Below, one piece after another: positions 1 through 17,731 of a stretch of DNA of 64,000 nt; position 1 is the first letter of the stretch; each line of letters begins with the position of its first letter. The position numbers and the translations under genes were made by a program. This stretch comes from the human T2T-CHM13v2.0 reference genome, Homo sapiens, in the NCBI RefSeq assembly GCF_009914755.1, contig NC_060933.1; one strand, written 5' to 3'. The notes under the pieces are model-generated. The model searched no databases. It worked only from the letters and a program-made list of their open reading frames with translations, and had not been told where the DNA came from.

Positions 1-1257
1 TAGAGCCGAGTGGCCTGTTTTGTCAGGGCACTGATTGGTGTGTTTACAATCCCTGAGCTAGATACAAAGGTTCTCCATGTGCCCATCAGATTAGTTAGAT
101 ACAGAGTTTCCACACACGGGTTCTCCAAGGCCCCACCAGAGCAGCTAGATACAGAGTGTCGATTGGTGCATTCACAAACCTTGAGCTAAACACAGGGTGC
201 TGATTGGTGTGTTTACAAACCTTGAGCTAGATACAGAGTGCCGATTGGTGTATTTACAATCCTTGAGCTAGACATAAAGGTTCTCCACGGCCTCACCAGA
301 GCAGCTAGATACAGAGTGTCGATTGGTGCACTCACAAACCTTGAGCTAAACACAGGGTCCTGATTGGTGTGTTTACAAACCTTGGGCTAGATACAGAGTG
401 CCGATTGGTGTATTTACAATCCTTGAGCTAGACATAAAGGTTCTCCACGTCCTCACCAGAGCAGCTAGATACAGTGTCGATTGGTGCACTCACAAACCTT
501 GAGCTAAACGCAGGGTGCTGATTGGTGTATTTACAATCCCTGAGCTAGATATGAAGACTCTCCACGTCCCCACCAGACTCAGGAGCCCAGCTGGCTTCAC
601 CTAGTGGATCCCACACCGGGGCTGCAGGTGGAGCTGCCTGCCAGTCCCGCGCCGGGCGCTCGCATTCCTCAGCCCTTGGGTGGTTGATGGGACTGGGTGC
701 TGTGGAGCAGGGGGTGGTGCTTGTCGGGGAGGCTCGGGCCGCACAGGAGCCCATGGAGTGGGTGGGAGGCTCAGGCATGGCGGGCTGCAGGTCCCGAGCC
801 CTGCCCCGTGGGAAGGCAGCTAAGGCCTGGGGAGAAATCCAGCGCAGAGCCAGTGGGCCAGCACTGCTGGGAGACTCAGTACACCCTCCGCAGCCACTGG
901 CCCGGGTGCTGAGTCCCCCGTCGCCCAGGTGCTAAGTCCCCCATTGCCCGGGGCTAGCAGGGCTGACTGGCTGCTCCGAGTGCGAGTGCGGGGCCCACCA
1001 AGTCCCCGCCCACCCAGAACTGCAGCTGGCCCGCAAGCGCTGCACACAGCCCCGGTTCCCGCTCGTGCCTCTCCCTCCACACCTCCCTGCAAGCTGAGGG
1101 AGTGGGCTCCAGCCTTGGCCAGCCCAGAAAGGGACTCCCACAGTGCAGTGGGGGGGCTGAAGGGCTCCTCAAATGCCACCAAAGTGGGAGCCCAGGCAGG
1201 GGAGGTGCCGAGAGCAAGCGAGGGCTCTGAGGACTGCCAGCATGCTGTCACCTCTCA
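1..1257 (-). mobile_element. LTR12 (ERV9/HERV-9 LTR, LTR12C-like), running off the left edge
   Basis: The minus strand starts TGAGAGGTGACAGCATGCTGGCAG at 1257. There is a GC-rich U3 segment, and 1-560 holds tandem repeats (~160 bp period) rich in ATTGG (CCAAT) and GATA motifs, all typical of LTR12. Confidence 0.93.
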
Positions 1258-2343
1258 TAAGGACCTTAGAAGTCATCGCTCTGTTCTAAACAGATTAAAA
1301 GCTGAACAAATTGATAATCAACTCTTCTTAGATCCATCAGAAAATTGAGGTCACAGGGCAAAACACTGCCCCCAAAGTGAAGAAGACAGGTGGATACAGA
1401 GAAACACAATTTACCAGAGTGGAGACAGCTGAGGGGAAACTTCTGTGAGAACTATTACCTGGGATAGAAAATCTAGAAATGTAATTGACAAATTGCTAGA
1501 GGCTCAGTTTAGACATGTTTGAGGGTTAAAAACTCTTGGGGTTGGGGTCAGTCTTAAGGGAGCATGCCTATACTTTTTGAGTTGTACTGACAAGAGCCCT
1601 ACCGGGTTTTCACACAGACGATCAGAGAAAAAGCCCCTTGTGCTTCTGGCAAGCATACAGGAAAAGTAGCTATTTTGAAGTATGTCGAGCATTCTGTTCA
1701 TCTTAACAAGGTTTATGCTCAAGAGAAACTACCAGAACCTACCTGAGTGGAATTTTACCAGAGCCTAACTGACTTGGAGGAAGAGACATATCCATCGACG
1801 GCTCCCTCTAACCACCCTCTTCCCACTGAAAGGGGGCAGGAAACAGAAAAACACTTGTGAAATTGATAGTCCATGGTACAGACTCACTAAAAGACTGAGA
1901 GCTAATTACAAGATGGTGGAATGATTCCCCTCCCCTACATCTCACTGCCACATTACTAAAGGTCTATTTACTGCAGTGTTTCACCCAGTACATTATATTC
2001 GGCTTTCAAAAAAAAAATAAAAATTACAAAGCAACAACAACAAAAAGGCAACAACAACAAAAAATCCCAAAACAAACAAAATACATAAAGACTCTTCAGT
2101 TTGGAGGGCAGTGGTTTGTCCTATGACCTTAATTCTCTGATGGGTCTAAGAAGAGTTGTTGATTTTCAGTCAAACATTAGAAGCAGAGTCAGATACAGCA
2201 GGAATGTTATAATTATCAGTTCAGCATTTTAAATTAACTATAATTAATATGTTAAAGCCTCTAAGGGAAAAAAGTGGACAATGGGTAAGAATCGATGAAT
2301 GGTATAAGCAGAGAGATGGAAAGTCTAAGAAAGAATAAAAAAG

Positions 2344-2635
2344 GGCCAGTTGCAGTGGCACATATCTGTGATCCCAACACTTGGGGGGCTGAGGCAGGTG
2401 GATCACTTGGGCTCAGGAGTTCAAGACCAGCCTGGGCAACATGGGGAAACCTCGCCTTTACTACAAATACAGAAATTAGCCAGGTGTGGTGGCATGCACC
2501 TGTAGTCTCAGCTACTCAGGAGGCCAGGTGGGCAGATCGCTTGACCCTGGGAGATGATGCAGTGAGCCAAGATCATGCCACTGCACTCCAGCTGCAACAG
2601 GATGAGACCCTGTCTCAAAAAATAAAAACAAAAAG
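2344..2635 (+). mobile_element. Alu (AluJ-like)
   Basis: Diverged Alu dimer with A tail. Confidence 0.9.
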
Positions 2636-3052
2636 CAAGAGATCAAAAGCACTGTAACAAATGAAGAATGCCTTTCAAGGGCTCACTAGGAGGCTAAATG
2701 TATCCAAGGAAAGAATGTCCAAGCTTGAGTATATGTAAATAGAAACCTACAAAACCGAAAAGCAAAGAGAGAAGACTGAAAAACAATATCCAAGAACTGA
2801 GGGACAACTACAAAACGTTTAAATGCAATTAATGGGAACAGCAGAAGGTGAAGAGAGAAAGGAACAGAAGAAATACTTGAGACAATAATGACTGATAATT
2901 TTCCTCAAATTAATGTCAGACACCAAACCAAACAAAAACAGATCCAGAAAGCTAAGAGAACATCAAGCAGGATAAATGCCAAAATAAATTAATTGAAAAT
3001 ACACCTAGACATATATTAAAACTACAGAAAATGTAAAGAAAAAAATTCTTAA

Positions 3053-3420
<368 letters not shown>

Positions 3421-4915
3421 TTACACCTGACTTTTGAAAAACGATGCCAGCAAGAAGAGAGTGGAGTGAAATATTTAAAGTGTGGTGAGGAAAAAACCTA
3501 CCAACCGAGAATTCTGTATCCTGTGAAATTATGCTTCAAAATTGAAGGAAAAATGAACAAACAAAAATTGAGGGAATTTGTTGCCAGTAGACAAGAGGAA
3601 ACCATGTCAGATACCAATCTGGATTCACTAAAAGAATCCAGAAATCCTAAATATGTAGATATATGGAAAATACTTTCCTTTATTTTTTTCTGTTCAAATT
3701 TTGGAAAGATAACTTAGTTTTTGAAGCAAAAATAATATGTAAGGGTTTCTTACATATGTTGCTATAAAATATATGACAATAGCCAAAAAGACAGGGCACA
3801 AGTATAATTTTACTGTTGAAAGGATTTTAAATTTTTTGAGAAGTGGTACAATATTAATATAACTCTAAATATATAATATAACTAATCTAGTTAACTCTAA
3901 ATAGATTATGATAAATTAAGAATGAACATTTTGATTTATAAACTAACCACTAAAAAGTAATATGGGGAAGTACAGCTAAATATCCAATAGAGGAATAAAA
4001 ATGGAATTCTAAAAATATTTAAAAGCTGACAAAAAAAGTGGAACAGAGGAACAAAACCATCAAACAAGCAAAACAAATGAGGCAACTGGAAAATGAATAA
4101 CAAAGTAGCAGATTTAAGCCCTACTATATCAGTAATTACACTAAATGGACTTAAACCTCAGATTTAAAAATGGAGGCTTTCAAGCTGGATAAAAAAGCGT
4201 GATCCAACTGTATCTTGTCTAAAAGAGATGTGTTTTAACTGTAAAGATACAGGTGGATTGACAGTAAAAGGGTGATAAGAAGTATACTCTGCAAAAAAAA
4301 TAAGAAATATAATATGTGTTACTAACATGGACGCAGTACAATGGGTATTGTCATAGAGTTTCAAAAAGACAATTCATTATGTTAAGAAGGGTCAATTTAT
4401 CAGGAAGATGTAACAATGGTAAATATGTGTGTACCTAATAAAAGAGCTTCAAAATACAAGCTAGGCACAGCAGCTACTAGGGAGTCTGGGGTGGAGGATG
4501 GCTTGAGCCTAGGATTTTGAGGCTTCACTGAACTGTGATCATGCCACTGCACTCCAGCCTGGGTGACAGATGAAGAGCCTGTCTCTAAAGATGAAAAATT
4601 GAGAGAAAGTGTCAAAATACACAATGCAAAAACTGAGATAACTAAAAAGAGAGACAAATCCACAACCTTGCTTGGAGATTTGATATCTCTCACAGTAATT
4701 GATAGAACAAACTAGACAAAAAATAAATCCAGTAGGATGGTAGAAGACTTTAAAAATGTTGTCAACCAGTTTGACAATATATGTAGAACACTACATCCAA
4801 GGATTGCAGAATACACATTGTTTTAAAATGTACGTGGAACCTTTACAAGGATAACCTATGTTTTAGGCCTTAAAGAAGTTCCAACAAATTCTGAAGATTG
4901 AAATGTTAGAGAATA

Positions 4916-5269
<354 letters not shown>

Positions 5270-5709
5270 TTAAAAATCTATAAACTTGTATTTTTGGTCC
5301 CTAGGTATCAGAGGTTCAAATGTATTCTCATGTGGTATTTTATGATATCTCCCACAGGTCGTTCCTTGACTGGGAATCAGTGAGATAATGAAATTGTGTT
5401 CAAGCAATCCTTATCCTATTAAGGCCTAGGTACTGTGCAGATCAGTTGCTTCTGAAATGGTCCAACCACATCTGTTATGGTTTGGTGCAAAACTCTTCCC
5501 AATATCCTATTGTTTCTTGGGAAGTAGAAATGCTAAGTGCATGTGTAGAAGCTTCATCCCTGGGGATCAAGCTTGATCTCAAACAATAACGATCTGTTCT
5601 CCACAAGGCCCAGGACCCATGATCATAGTAAGGCAGATGAGAGGACTTCTGGTGCCCCCTCACATCCCTGTGCATCTTGACAGTGAGCTCTTACATAGGG
5701 CACATGATG

Positions 5710-5714
<5 letters not shown>

Positions 5715-5741
<27 letters not shown>

Positions 5742-7605
5742 GACTGTGGCAATTTTATTTTTTATTGATACATAATAGATGTGCATATTTCTGGGGTACA
5801 TGTGATATTTTGATATTATTAATATAAGTATAATAACCAAATCAGGGTAAATGGAACATCCATCACCTTAAACATTTATCTTTTCTTTATGCTGGAAACA
5901 TTTGAATTATTCTCTACTATTTTGAAATATACAATAGATGTTTTACTATAGTCACTCTACTGACTTATCAAACACTAGGTCTATTTTTTCTATCTACCTG
6001 TATTTTTTTGTAGCCATTTATTGACCTCTCTTCATCCCTCCCTCCCCCTACCCATCCCTGCCTCTGGTAACCACCATTCTTTATGAGATCCACATTCCTA
6101 ACTCCTACATCTGAGTGAGAACATGTGATATCTGTGTTTCTGTGCTTGGTTTATTTCACTTAACAGTGACCTTCAGTTCCGTCCGTGTTGCTGCAAATGA
6201 TAGGATTTCATTTTTTTTAATGGTGGAATATTCCATTGTGTATATATATCACATTTTCTTTATCCACTTATCCATTGACGGGCACTTGGGTTGATTCCAT
6301 CTTTTGGCTATTGTAAGTAGTGCTGAAATAAACATGGGAGTGCAGACATCTCTTCAATATATTGATTTCTTTTCTTTTGGATATATACCCAGCAGTGGGA
6401 TTGCTGGATCATATGATAGTTCTATTTTTAATTTTTTCAGGAATCTCCACAGTTTTCCATGGTGGCTGCGCTAATTTACATTCCCATCAACAACGGAGGA
6501 GGGTTCCCTTTTGTCCACATCCTTGCCAGGAACCCTATTCCCTTTTTGATAAAAGCCATTTTAACTGGTGTGAGGTATTCATTGTGGTTTTGTTTTTTTT
6601 TTTTTTGTTTTTTTTTTAATTTATTTTTTTATTGATAATTCTTGGGTGTTTCTCACAGAGGGGGATTTGGCAGGGTCATGGGACAATAGTGGAGGGAAGG
6701 TCAGCAGATAAACAAGTGAACAAAGGTCTCTGGTTTTCCTAGGCAGAGGACCCTGCGGCCTTCCGCAGTGTTTGTGTCCCTGATTACTTGAGATTAGGGA
6801 TTGGTGATGACTCTTAACGAGCATGCTGCCTTCAAGCATCTGTTTAACAAAGCACATCTTGCACCGCCCTTAATCCATTTAACCCTGAGTGGACACAGCA
6901 CATGTTTCAGAGAGCACAGGGTTGGGGGTAAGGTCACAGATCAACAGGATCCCAAGGCAGAGGAATTTTTCTTAGTGCAGAACAAAATGAAAAGTCTCCC
7001 ACGTCTACTTCTTTCTACACAGACACGGCAACCATCCGATTTCTCAATCTTTTCCCCACCTTTCCTGCCTTTCTATTCCACAAAGCCGCCATTGTCATCC
7101 TGGCCCGTTCTCAATGAGCTGTTGGGCACACCTCCCAGACGGGGTGGTGGCCGGGCAGAGGGGCTCCTCACTTCCCAGTAGGGGCGGCCGGGCAGAGGCG
7201 CCCCTCACCTCCCGGACGGGGCGGCTGGCCTGGCGGGGGGGCTGACCCCCCCCACCTCCCTCCCGGACGGGGCGGCTGGCCGGGCAGAGGGGCTCCTCAC
7301 TTCCCAGTAGGGGCGGCCGGGCAGAGGCGCCCCTCACCTCCCGGATGGGGCGGCTGGCCGGGCGGGGGGGCTGACCCCCCCCCACCTCCCTCCCGGACGG
7401 GGCGGCTGGCCGGGCGGGGGGCTGACACCCCCACCTCCCTCCCGGACGGGGCGGCTGGCCGGGCAGAGGGGCTCCTCACTTCCCAGTAGGGGCAGCCGGG
7501 CAGAGGCGCCCCTCACCTCCCGGACGGGGCGGCTGGCCGGGCAGGGGGGCTGACCCCCCCCACCTCCCTCCCGGACGGGGCGGCTGGCCGGGCCGGGGGC
7601 CGACA
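5715..7605 (-). mobile_element. 5'-truncated young SVA (SVA_E/F-like) with ~850 bp 3' transduction (L1MA 3'-end fragment)
   Basis: GC-rich VNTR ~7135-7605, SINE-R ~6630-7130, first polyT ~6588-6630, L1MA-like 3' UTR ~5750-6590, second polyT ~5726-5741. TSD CACA(T/C)GATGTATAT at 5701-5714 and 7606-7619. Confidence 0.88.
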
Positions 7606-8937
7606 CACACGATGTATATTTATCCCTTGTATCCTGGAAGTTGCCTGGGGTGCTGTTTGGGGGACCTTGCTGACAGAGTGCGTAGAGGTATGAGTGGGCT
7701 CTCAGTTAAGCACTTGAAAGCCTAGAACTTCCTTTCAATTGTGGTGAGACACTGACCTCTATTCGAAGATGGTGGCCACAGGTGTCTGTCTACCAGAGTT
7801 CTCCAGATAAGTGCATTACACAGCTCCCTTTCTGCCACTCAGTTCTGAAGTCAGCTTCAGAATAAACAGCTTGGTTCATGATTTCAGGGGATGAAAATGC
7901 CAAAGATAACAGAGAATTTGAGAAAACCTCCAGACTTGGTTTTTCTGTTTGTTTTCCTGTCTTGCTGTATCCAATGGCACAGGGATTTGCACTCTGGCAA
8001 ACTCTATCTTAAGAGGAAAGTGAGACAAAAGGGTTGTTTCTTATTCCCTACAAAGCATTAAAGAAGTTCCAGTGACAGCAGTGGAGGTGTCTCATTCTTT
8101 GGTACAGAATATAGTCCTTTATAGTTTTACAGAAACCTACAAAAACACACAGTGGCAGTGTCCTGGGACAGACAACTGTGCTCTCAGTCTCTGGGAAAGT
8201 GTATTGAAAGGTGCTCATACATTTCTCCCTGAGATCTCAGTGGGGGTGAGGAATGGGAAGTATGTAACTCCCTCCCTCTTCTCTTTCCAGCACCTCCAGG
8301 AAGAAGCGAGAGTTCAGTTTCCCAAGTCGAGGGAAGTAGAGAGGGATGGGAGGGTCTGTGAGAGGTGGAGGTCAGCACAAGGGCCTCTTACCTGAGCATT
8401 TCTGCATGGGGTGCATACTGGCACCTGGCTGTGTGTGCCCCTCAAACTGGCTCCTATCATCCAGAATCCCACCTGTAATAATTCTATTCCTGCTTCACTG
8501 AAGAAGAATATCAGCCCAAGGAGGTGCAGTGACTTCACTGAAGTCACACAGCAAGTTAGTGCTGGGGTCCAGACAAGACTCAAACCTTCTGGTTTCTAAT
8601 CCAATTTTCTGGATGGAAAAAAAGTTATAAGTCCTTATTCTTTTCAACTGCTGTTCTTATTTCCCAAAGTGGAGTGCCCAAACATGGAAAAGAAAGACCC
8701 CCAAGCTACTCCCCTGGCTCCACATGGATGCTTATGGAGGGATGGAGGGAGAGGCTCTCCCTGACTTCTCTCACATTAACTCCACTTTGCATCATCTCTC
8801 ATTTGCTGTGCTCTCTGTCTTGGGGTAGCAGTTTATTGTAATCCCCCACTTCCCATCCAGAAAAACCCCATATCTTCTCATTTCATCTCTCATAGTCCCT
8901 TCTACTATCTTGAGACCTTATATATAATGTTTCTTGG

Positions 8938-9361
8938 TGTAAACATTTCATCCGGAAGGGCTTGGAGAAAGGCACACTCCCTAGCCAGTTAACATTTTTC
9001 TACCAACTCCAAATTTTTAAACAAAGCTTCTCTTCCTCAACCATCTGCAAATCAGAAAATCGTTGAATCTACCTATGACATGTAAGTCCCCACTTCAAGA
9101 TATTCCATCCTTTTAGGCCTAAAGCAACCTCCATGTATTGATTTACAATTTTGCCTACAGCTTCTGCTTTCCTGAAATCCACCCCTGCCTTTGAGATCCT
9201 TTGTCTGGAAGCCACTGGGGAGGTCAGGATTTGAGCATTTAGCTGCCTGGTCCTTCTTGCTTGGTGCTCTGCAATAAACACCTTTCTATTGCTGCAAACT
9301 TCAGTGTGGATATGTGGTTTTACTGTGGCAGGAGAGTGGACCCCACTTTGGTTCTATAACA
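8938..9361 (+). mobile_element. ERV1-class LTR fragment (MER34/MER39-like)
   Basis: Contains aaatcagaaaatcgttgaatctacctatgac, an AATAAA near 9273 and the terminal ...ggttctataACA. Confidence 0.6.
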
Positions 9362-10028
9362 CTTAAAAGTTAAAACAACTGTCCCCAAAACTGATTTTCT
9401 TGGTTTTCATGATTTGTTAACAGTAGCACTGTTCATTTTTTTTTTCATGAATATCCATATTCAAGGAGTTTGCAGGTCTATCCTCATATGGATCTCACCC
9501 CTTTTTCTTGTTACTAATTTACACTCCAAGACCTCAGTATTGTTGTAGTTACCTCCTCACTAATCTCTAGTTTTTCCTCTCTCTAAATCTTTTTTTCACT
9601 TTGCTGTGAAAATAATCTTCCCTAAACACAAGTTTTATCACCAATTCCAGTTCATGCATTTGTCTTATACCTCCTCATGCACATGCACTGTCATTACCCT
9701 TGGTTGGCTCAACTTACATTTCCAGCTCTTTCTTACACATTGACCCTGGTGCGTCACACAGGCAACACACTAAGCTACTCACAATCTGCCAAGCTTTACC
9801 TGAAGTTTGCATCTTCGGTAGATAGCTTGCCATTGCAGGGGCTTAAAATGGACTTGGGAGGTGGGAAGGTGTGAGTTGAAATTAAAATTATGGCATAAGT
9901 TATGCTCGCATGAACACTGAAGAGCTTTGGGTTTATCATACTTCACCTGAGGATGATATTCACTTTGGATGGTTGTTGAGAAGATTTGAAGAACGCAATT
10001 TTCAAGTATCCAGAACTATATCTGACAC

Positions 10029-10743
10029 TGAAACCACTTTTGCAAAATTATCACAGTAAGAGAAATCTGATATAGTTGACTCCATCTTGCTTCTAACCTC
10101 CAAGCTGCCCTTGGTCCTTCCTGGGCCTAGGACATGCTGACTGTGGGAGAAATTTAGTTTATAGTTTAACCTTAAAGCAAGGATGATAGTAGCCCTTCCT
10201 AAAACTAAACTGACTTTATAAAACTAATGAAAGCCTACAAGGCTAGGATTATGAGAAGGGCCTGAATTCTGCTAAAATTTAGGCATAAACAATAACAAGC
10301 CATTGTTCCAGAGGTCATAAGATTTGTAACTTCCCCAGTTACACTTGCAGATAACATCACTATTGTAGAACCTTAGGTTGGCCTTTGAGATGCCTTTTCA
10401 GACTTTCACATTTCTGATGACCAGCGAACTCCACCTGGACTCATGATACCACCAGTCCTGTGGCCCCCACCCAGAGGTGGACCCAGCACATGAAGATTGT
10501 TTTCCACACCTCTATGATCCCCAACCAATCAGCAATACCCGTTCCCTAGTCCCCTGCCCACCAAAGTAACATTGAAAGCCTCTAATCTCTGAGCCTTCGG
10601 GGAGGCTGATTTGAGTAAAAATAAAACTCTGATCTCCCATTTAGCTGGCTCTATGTGTATTAAACTCTCTATTGCAATTTCCGTGTCTTGATAAATCAGC
10701 TGTATCTGGGCAGTGGGCAAGATGAACCCATTGGGTAGTTACA
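10029..10743 (+). mobile_element. Solo LTR8 (ERV1)
   Basis: Starts TGAAACCACTTTTGCAAAATTAT, ends ...GGGTAGTTACA, with a 4-bp TSD ACAC. Confidence 0.85.
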
Positions 10744-11214
10744 ACACATAATAGATGTTCAATAGGATGCCCCAAGGGATCCTCAGTGGAGCGAGCTCTT
10801 CTCTACCAGCTGCCCCCAGGCTCCACGGGCTGCTCTCCCTCAAGGCCCACTGTGCGTCTACACTGCAGCACCTGACTCAGAAGAGGTGGAGTGTGTTGCA
10901 GGCCTGGGGGCAGCTCTGCCTGTCCCTCTTAGTACCACCAGGCTAGGCTCTAGAGTCAAGCTGGTACATGGGTTCTGGGGTCCTGTGATCCTGGGTTGTG
11001 GGGAGTGGGATGTGTGTTTCCTAGGAAAGGTGCTGAGGGTTTGATATTTATATGTTTATATTTATAAAACATATTTGCTTTTTAATTTTAAAATATTTAA
11101 TTGACAAAGATTGAATATATTCTTATTCAAAGTGTACAACATGATTATTTGATATATGTATGCACTGTGCAATGATTACCACAATCAAAATGAATGTTTT
11201 TTCGAAGAACATAG

Positions 11215-11522
<308 letters not shown>

Positions 11523-11789
11523 CCTAGGAACATTTAAATCTTGAAAGTTATTTGTCTCACTTAAGCGCTGTGGTATATGGCCTTACTCCACTCCAGTGCA
11601 GCCCTGTGGTTCTCACCAGGCTATTGGAAGTTCCCTTTCCCACTGCTCCCATTGCCAGCTGAGACACATGCCACCTTCTCCCTTTCTTTTCTCTCTGGAC
11701 CTGTGTTGCGCCAGGAAAGTTGTTTAATGTTTTAGCAATCATGTGTATTAATGTGTGACAGACATTGCTGTGCTTTTCGAAACTTCTGT

Positions 11790-13840
<2,051 letters not shown>

Positions 13841-13946
13841 GATTATTATATTAGGTTTATTTTTGTCCTAATGATGTTTGGGATAGTTCTTTTAGGTCAA
13901 AAATAAAACGAAATGTCAAAAAGGAAACAATCTGACAACATTTTGA

Positions 13947-14315
<369 letters not shown>

Positions 14316-14367
14316 TACTGGGATTCAAGTTCTCCTTAATGTCAGGAGTAAAGGTTTAGGCTTGTGT

Positions 14368-14760
14368 TGTCAAAGAAAAACCAGAACTAGATGGTAGTTA
14401 CAGCAGTAAAAGCAGATATTATTCAGGACTATTGCAATAGAGGAAAAGAAATGGATTTAGAACTCAGTTCTGAATACAGCATGGACAACTGAGAATGTAC
14501 AGCCAAGGAGTAGGGTGGGAATAAGTGGATGGAAAATTACTAAGAGGAAACATTTGGGGTAGGGAGAATTCTGTCTAAAATGAACCAACAGGATTCATGC
14601 TGAAGGCAGGCTGGGGTGATCAGACATCACCTGGGGCAACCAGATCTGGAGGATGGAGGGCTTCTTGCTAAAATTAGGCTTTACAAGCAAGTGCACAGAT
14701 GTGCCTAGGAGAAGGTTCAGAAACCTGACTAAATTTTGCTCAAGCCAAGGATCTTTGTCA
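14368..14760 (-). mobile_element. Solo LTR (MER31-like)
   Basis: Termini TGTCAAAGA...TCTTTGTCA with a 4-bp TSD GTGT. Confidence 0.65.
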
Positions 14761-14778
14761 GTGTTCCCAATGTAACTT

Positions 14779-16320
14779 TTTTTAAATTTTTTATTTTATT
14801 TTATTTTATTTTATTTTATTTTAGTATTTATTGATCATTCTTGGGTGTTTCTCAGAGAGGGGAATTTGGCAGGGTCATAGGACAATAGTGGAGGGAAGGT
14901 CGGCAGATAAACATGTGAACAAGGGTCTCTGGTTTTCCTAGGCAGAGGACCCTGCGGCCTTCCGCAGTGTTTGTGTCCCTGGGTACTTGAGATTAGGGGT
15001 GGTGATGACTCTTAACGAGCATGCTGCCTTCAGGCATCTGTTAAACAAAGCACATCTTGCACCGCCCTTAATCCATTTAACCCTGAGTGGACACAGTACA
15101 TGTTTCAGAGAGCACAGGGTTGGGGGGTAAGGTCACAGATCAATAGGATCCCAAGGCAGAAGAATTTTTCTTAGTACAGAACAAAATGGAGTCTCCTATG
15201 TCTACTTTTTTCTACACAGACACAGTAACAATCTGATCTCTCTCTTTTCCCCACATTTCCCCCTTTTCTATTCGACAAAACCGCCATCGTCATCATGGCC
15301 CGTTGTCAGTGAGCTGTTGGGTACACCTCCTAGATGGGGTGGCGGCCGGGCAGAGGGGCCCCTCACTTCCCAGACGGGGCGGCCGGGCGGGGGCTGCCCC
15401 CCACCTCCCCCTCGGACGGGGCGGCTGCCAGGCAGAGACGCTCTTCACTTCCCAGACGGGGCGGCTGCCGGGCGGAGGGGCTCCTCACTTCCCAGATGGG
15501 GCGGCTGCCGGGCGGAGGGGCTCCTCACTTCTCAGACGGGGCGGCCGGGCAGAGATGCTCCTCACCTCCCAGACGGGGTGGCGGTCGGGCAGAGACACTC
15601 CTCAGTTCCCAGACGGGGTCGCGGCTGGGCAGAGGTGCTCCTCACATCCCAGACGGGGCAGCGGGGCAGAGGCGCTCCTCACATCCCAGATGGGGCGGCG
15701 GGGCAGAGGCGCTCCCCACATTGCAGAGGATGGGCGGCTGGGCAGAGATGCTCCTCACTTCCTAGACGGGATGGCGGCCGGGCAGAGGCGCTCCTCACTT
15801 CCCAGACTGGGCGGCTGGGCAGAGGGGCTCCTCACATCCCAGATGATGGGCGGCCAGGCAGAGACGCTCCTCACTTCCCAGACGGGGTGGCGGCCGGGCA
15901 GAGGCTGCAATCTCGGCACTTTGGGAGGCCAAGGCAGGCGGCTGGGAGGTGGAGGTTGTAGGGAGCCGAGGTCAGCCACTGCACTCCAGCCTGGGCAAGA
16001 TTGAGCACTGAGTGAGCGAGTCTCCGTCTGCAATCCCGGCACCTTGGGAGGCTGAGGCTGACAGATCACTCGAGGTCAGGAGCTGGAGACCAGCCCGGCC
16101 AACACAGCGAAACCCCGTCTCCACCAAAAAATACAAAAACCAGTCAGGCGTGGCGGCGCGTGTCTGCAATCCCAGGCACTCGGCAGGCTGAGGCAGGAGA
16201 ATCAGGCAGGGAGGTTGCAGTGAGCCGAGATGGCGGCAGTACAGTTCAGCCACTGCTGGGCATCAGAGGGAGACCATGGAAAGTGGGAGAGGGAGGGGGA
16301 CGGGGAGGGGGAGGAGAGGG
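14779..16320 (-). mobile_element. Near full-length older SVA (SVA_A/B-like)
   Basis: PolyT/(TTTTA)n tail, SINE-R, short diverged VNTR, Alu-like domain ~15890-16280 and degenerate CCCTCT hexamers 16285-16320; TSD CAATGTAACTT. Confidence 0.93.
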
Positions 16321-16435
16321 CAATGTAACTTCTTGATGATTTTATTCTGTCCCCACACCTCAGTATTAGTAAGATCTAATTTCAAAAATCAATGTCATGG
16401 AGGAAGTAACTGATGCTATAAAATAGTATCTATCA

Positions 16436-17731
<1,296 letters not shown>

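Noticed and set aside
1-560. Regularly spaced repeats resembling a CRISPR array
   Set aside because: The 'spacers' are themselves repeated, this is eukaryotic DNA with no cas genes, and it is the LTR12 U3 array.
545-1348. Overlapping 69-143 aa ORFs
   Set aside because: They lie in the GC-rich LTR12 body and are typical spurious LTR12 frames.
5750-6590. L1MA fragment as an independent ancient local insertion
   Set aside because: TSD placement and the second polyA fit better with it being SVA-transduced cargo.
6621-7606. ORFs of 60-126 aa
   Set aside because: SVA SINE-R/VNTR-derived; not genes.
15303-16253. 233- and 214-aa Gly/Arg-rich ORFs
   Set aside because: Stop-poor SVA VNTR sequence.
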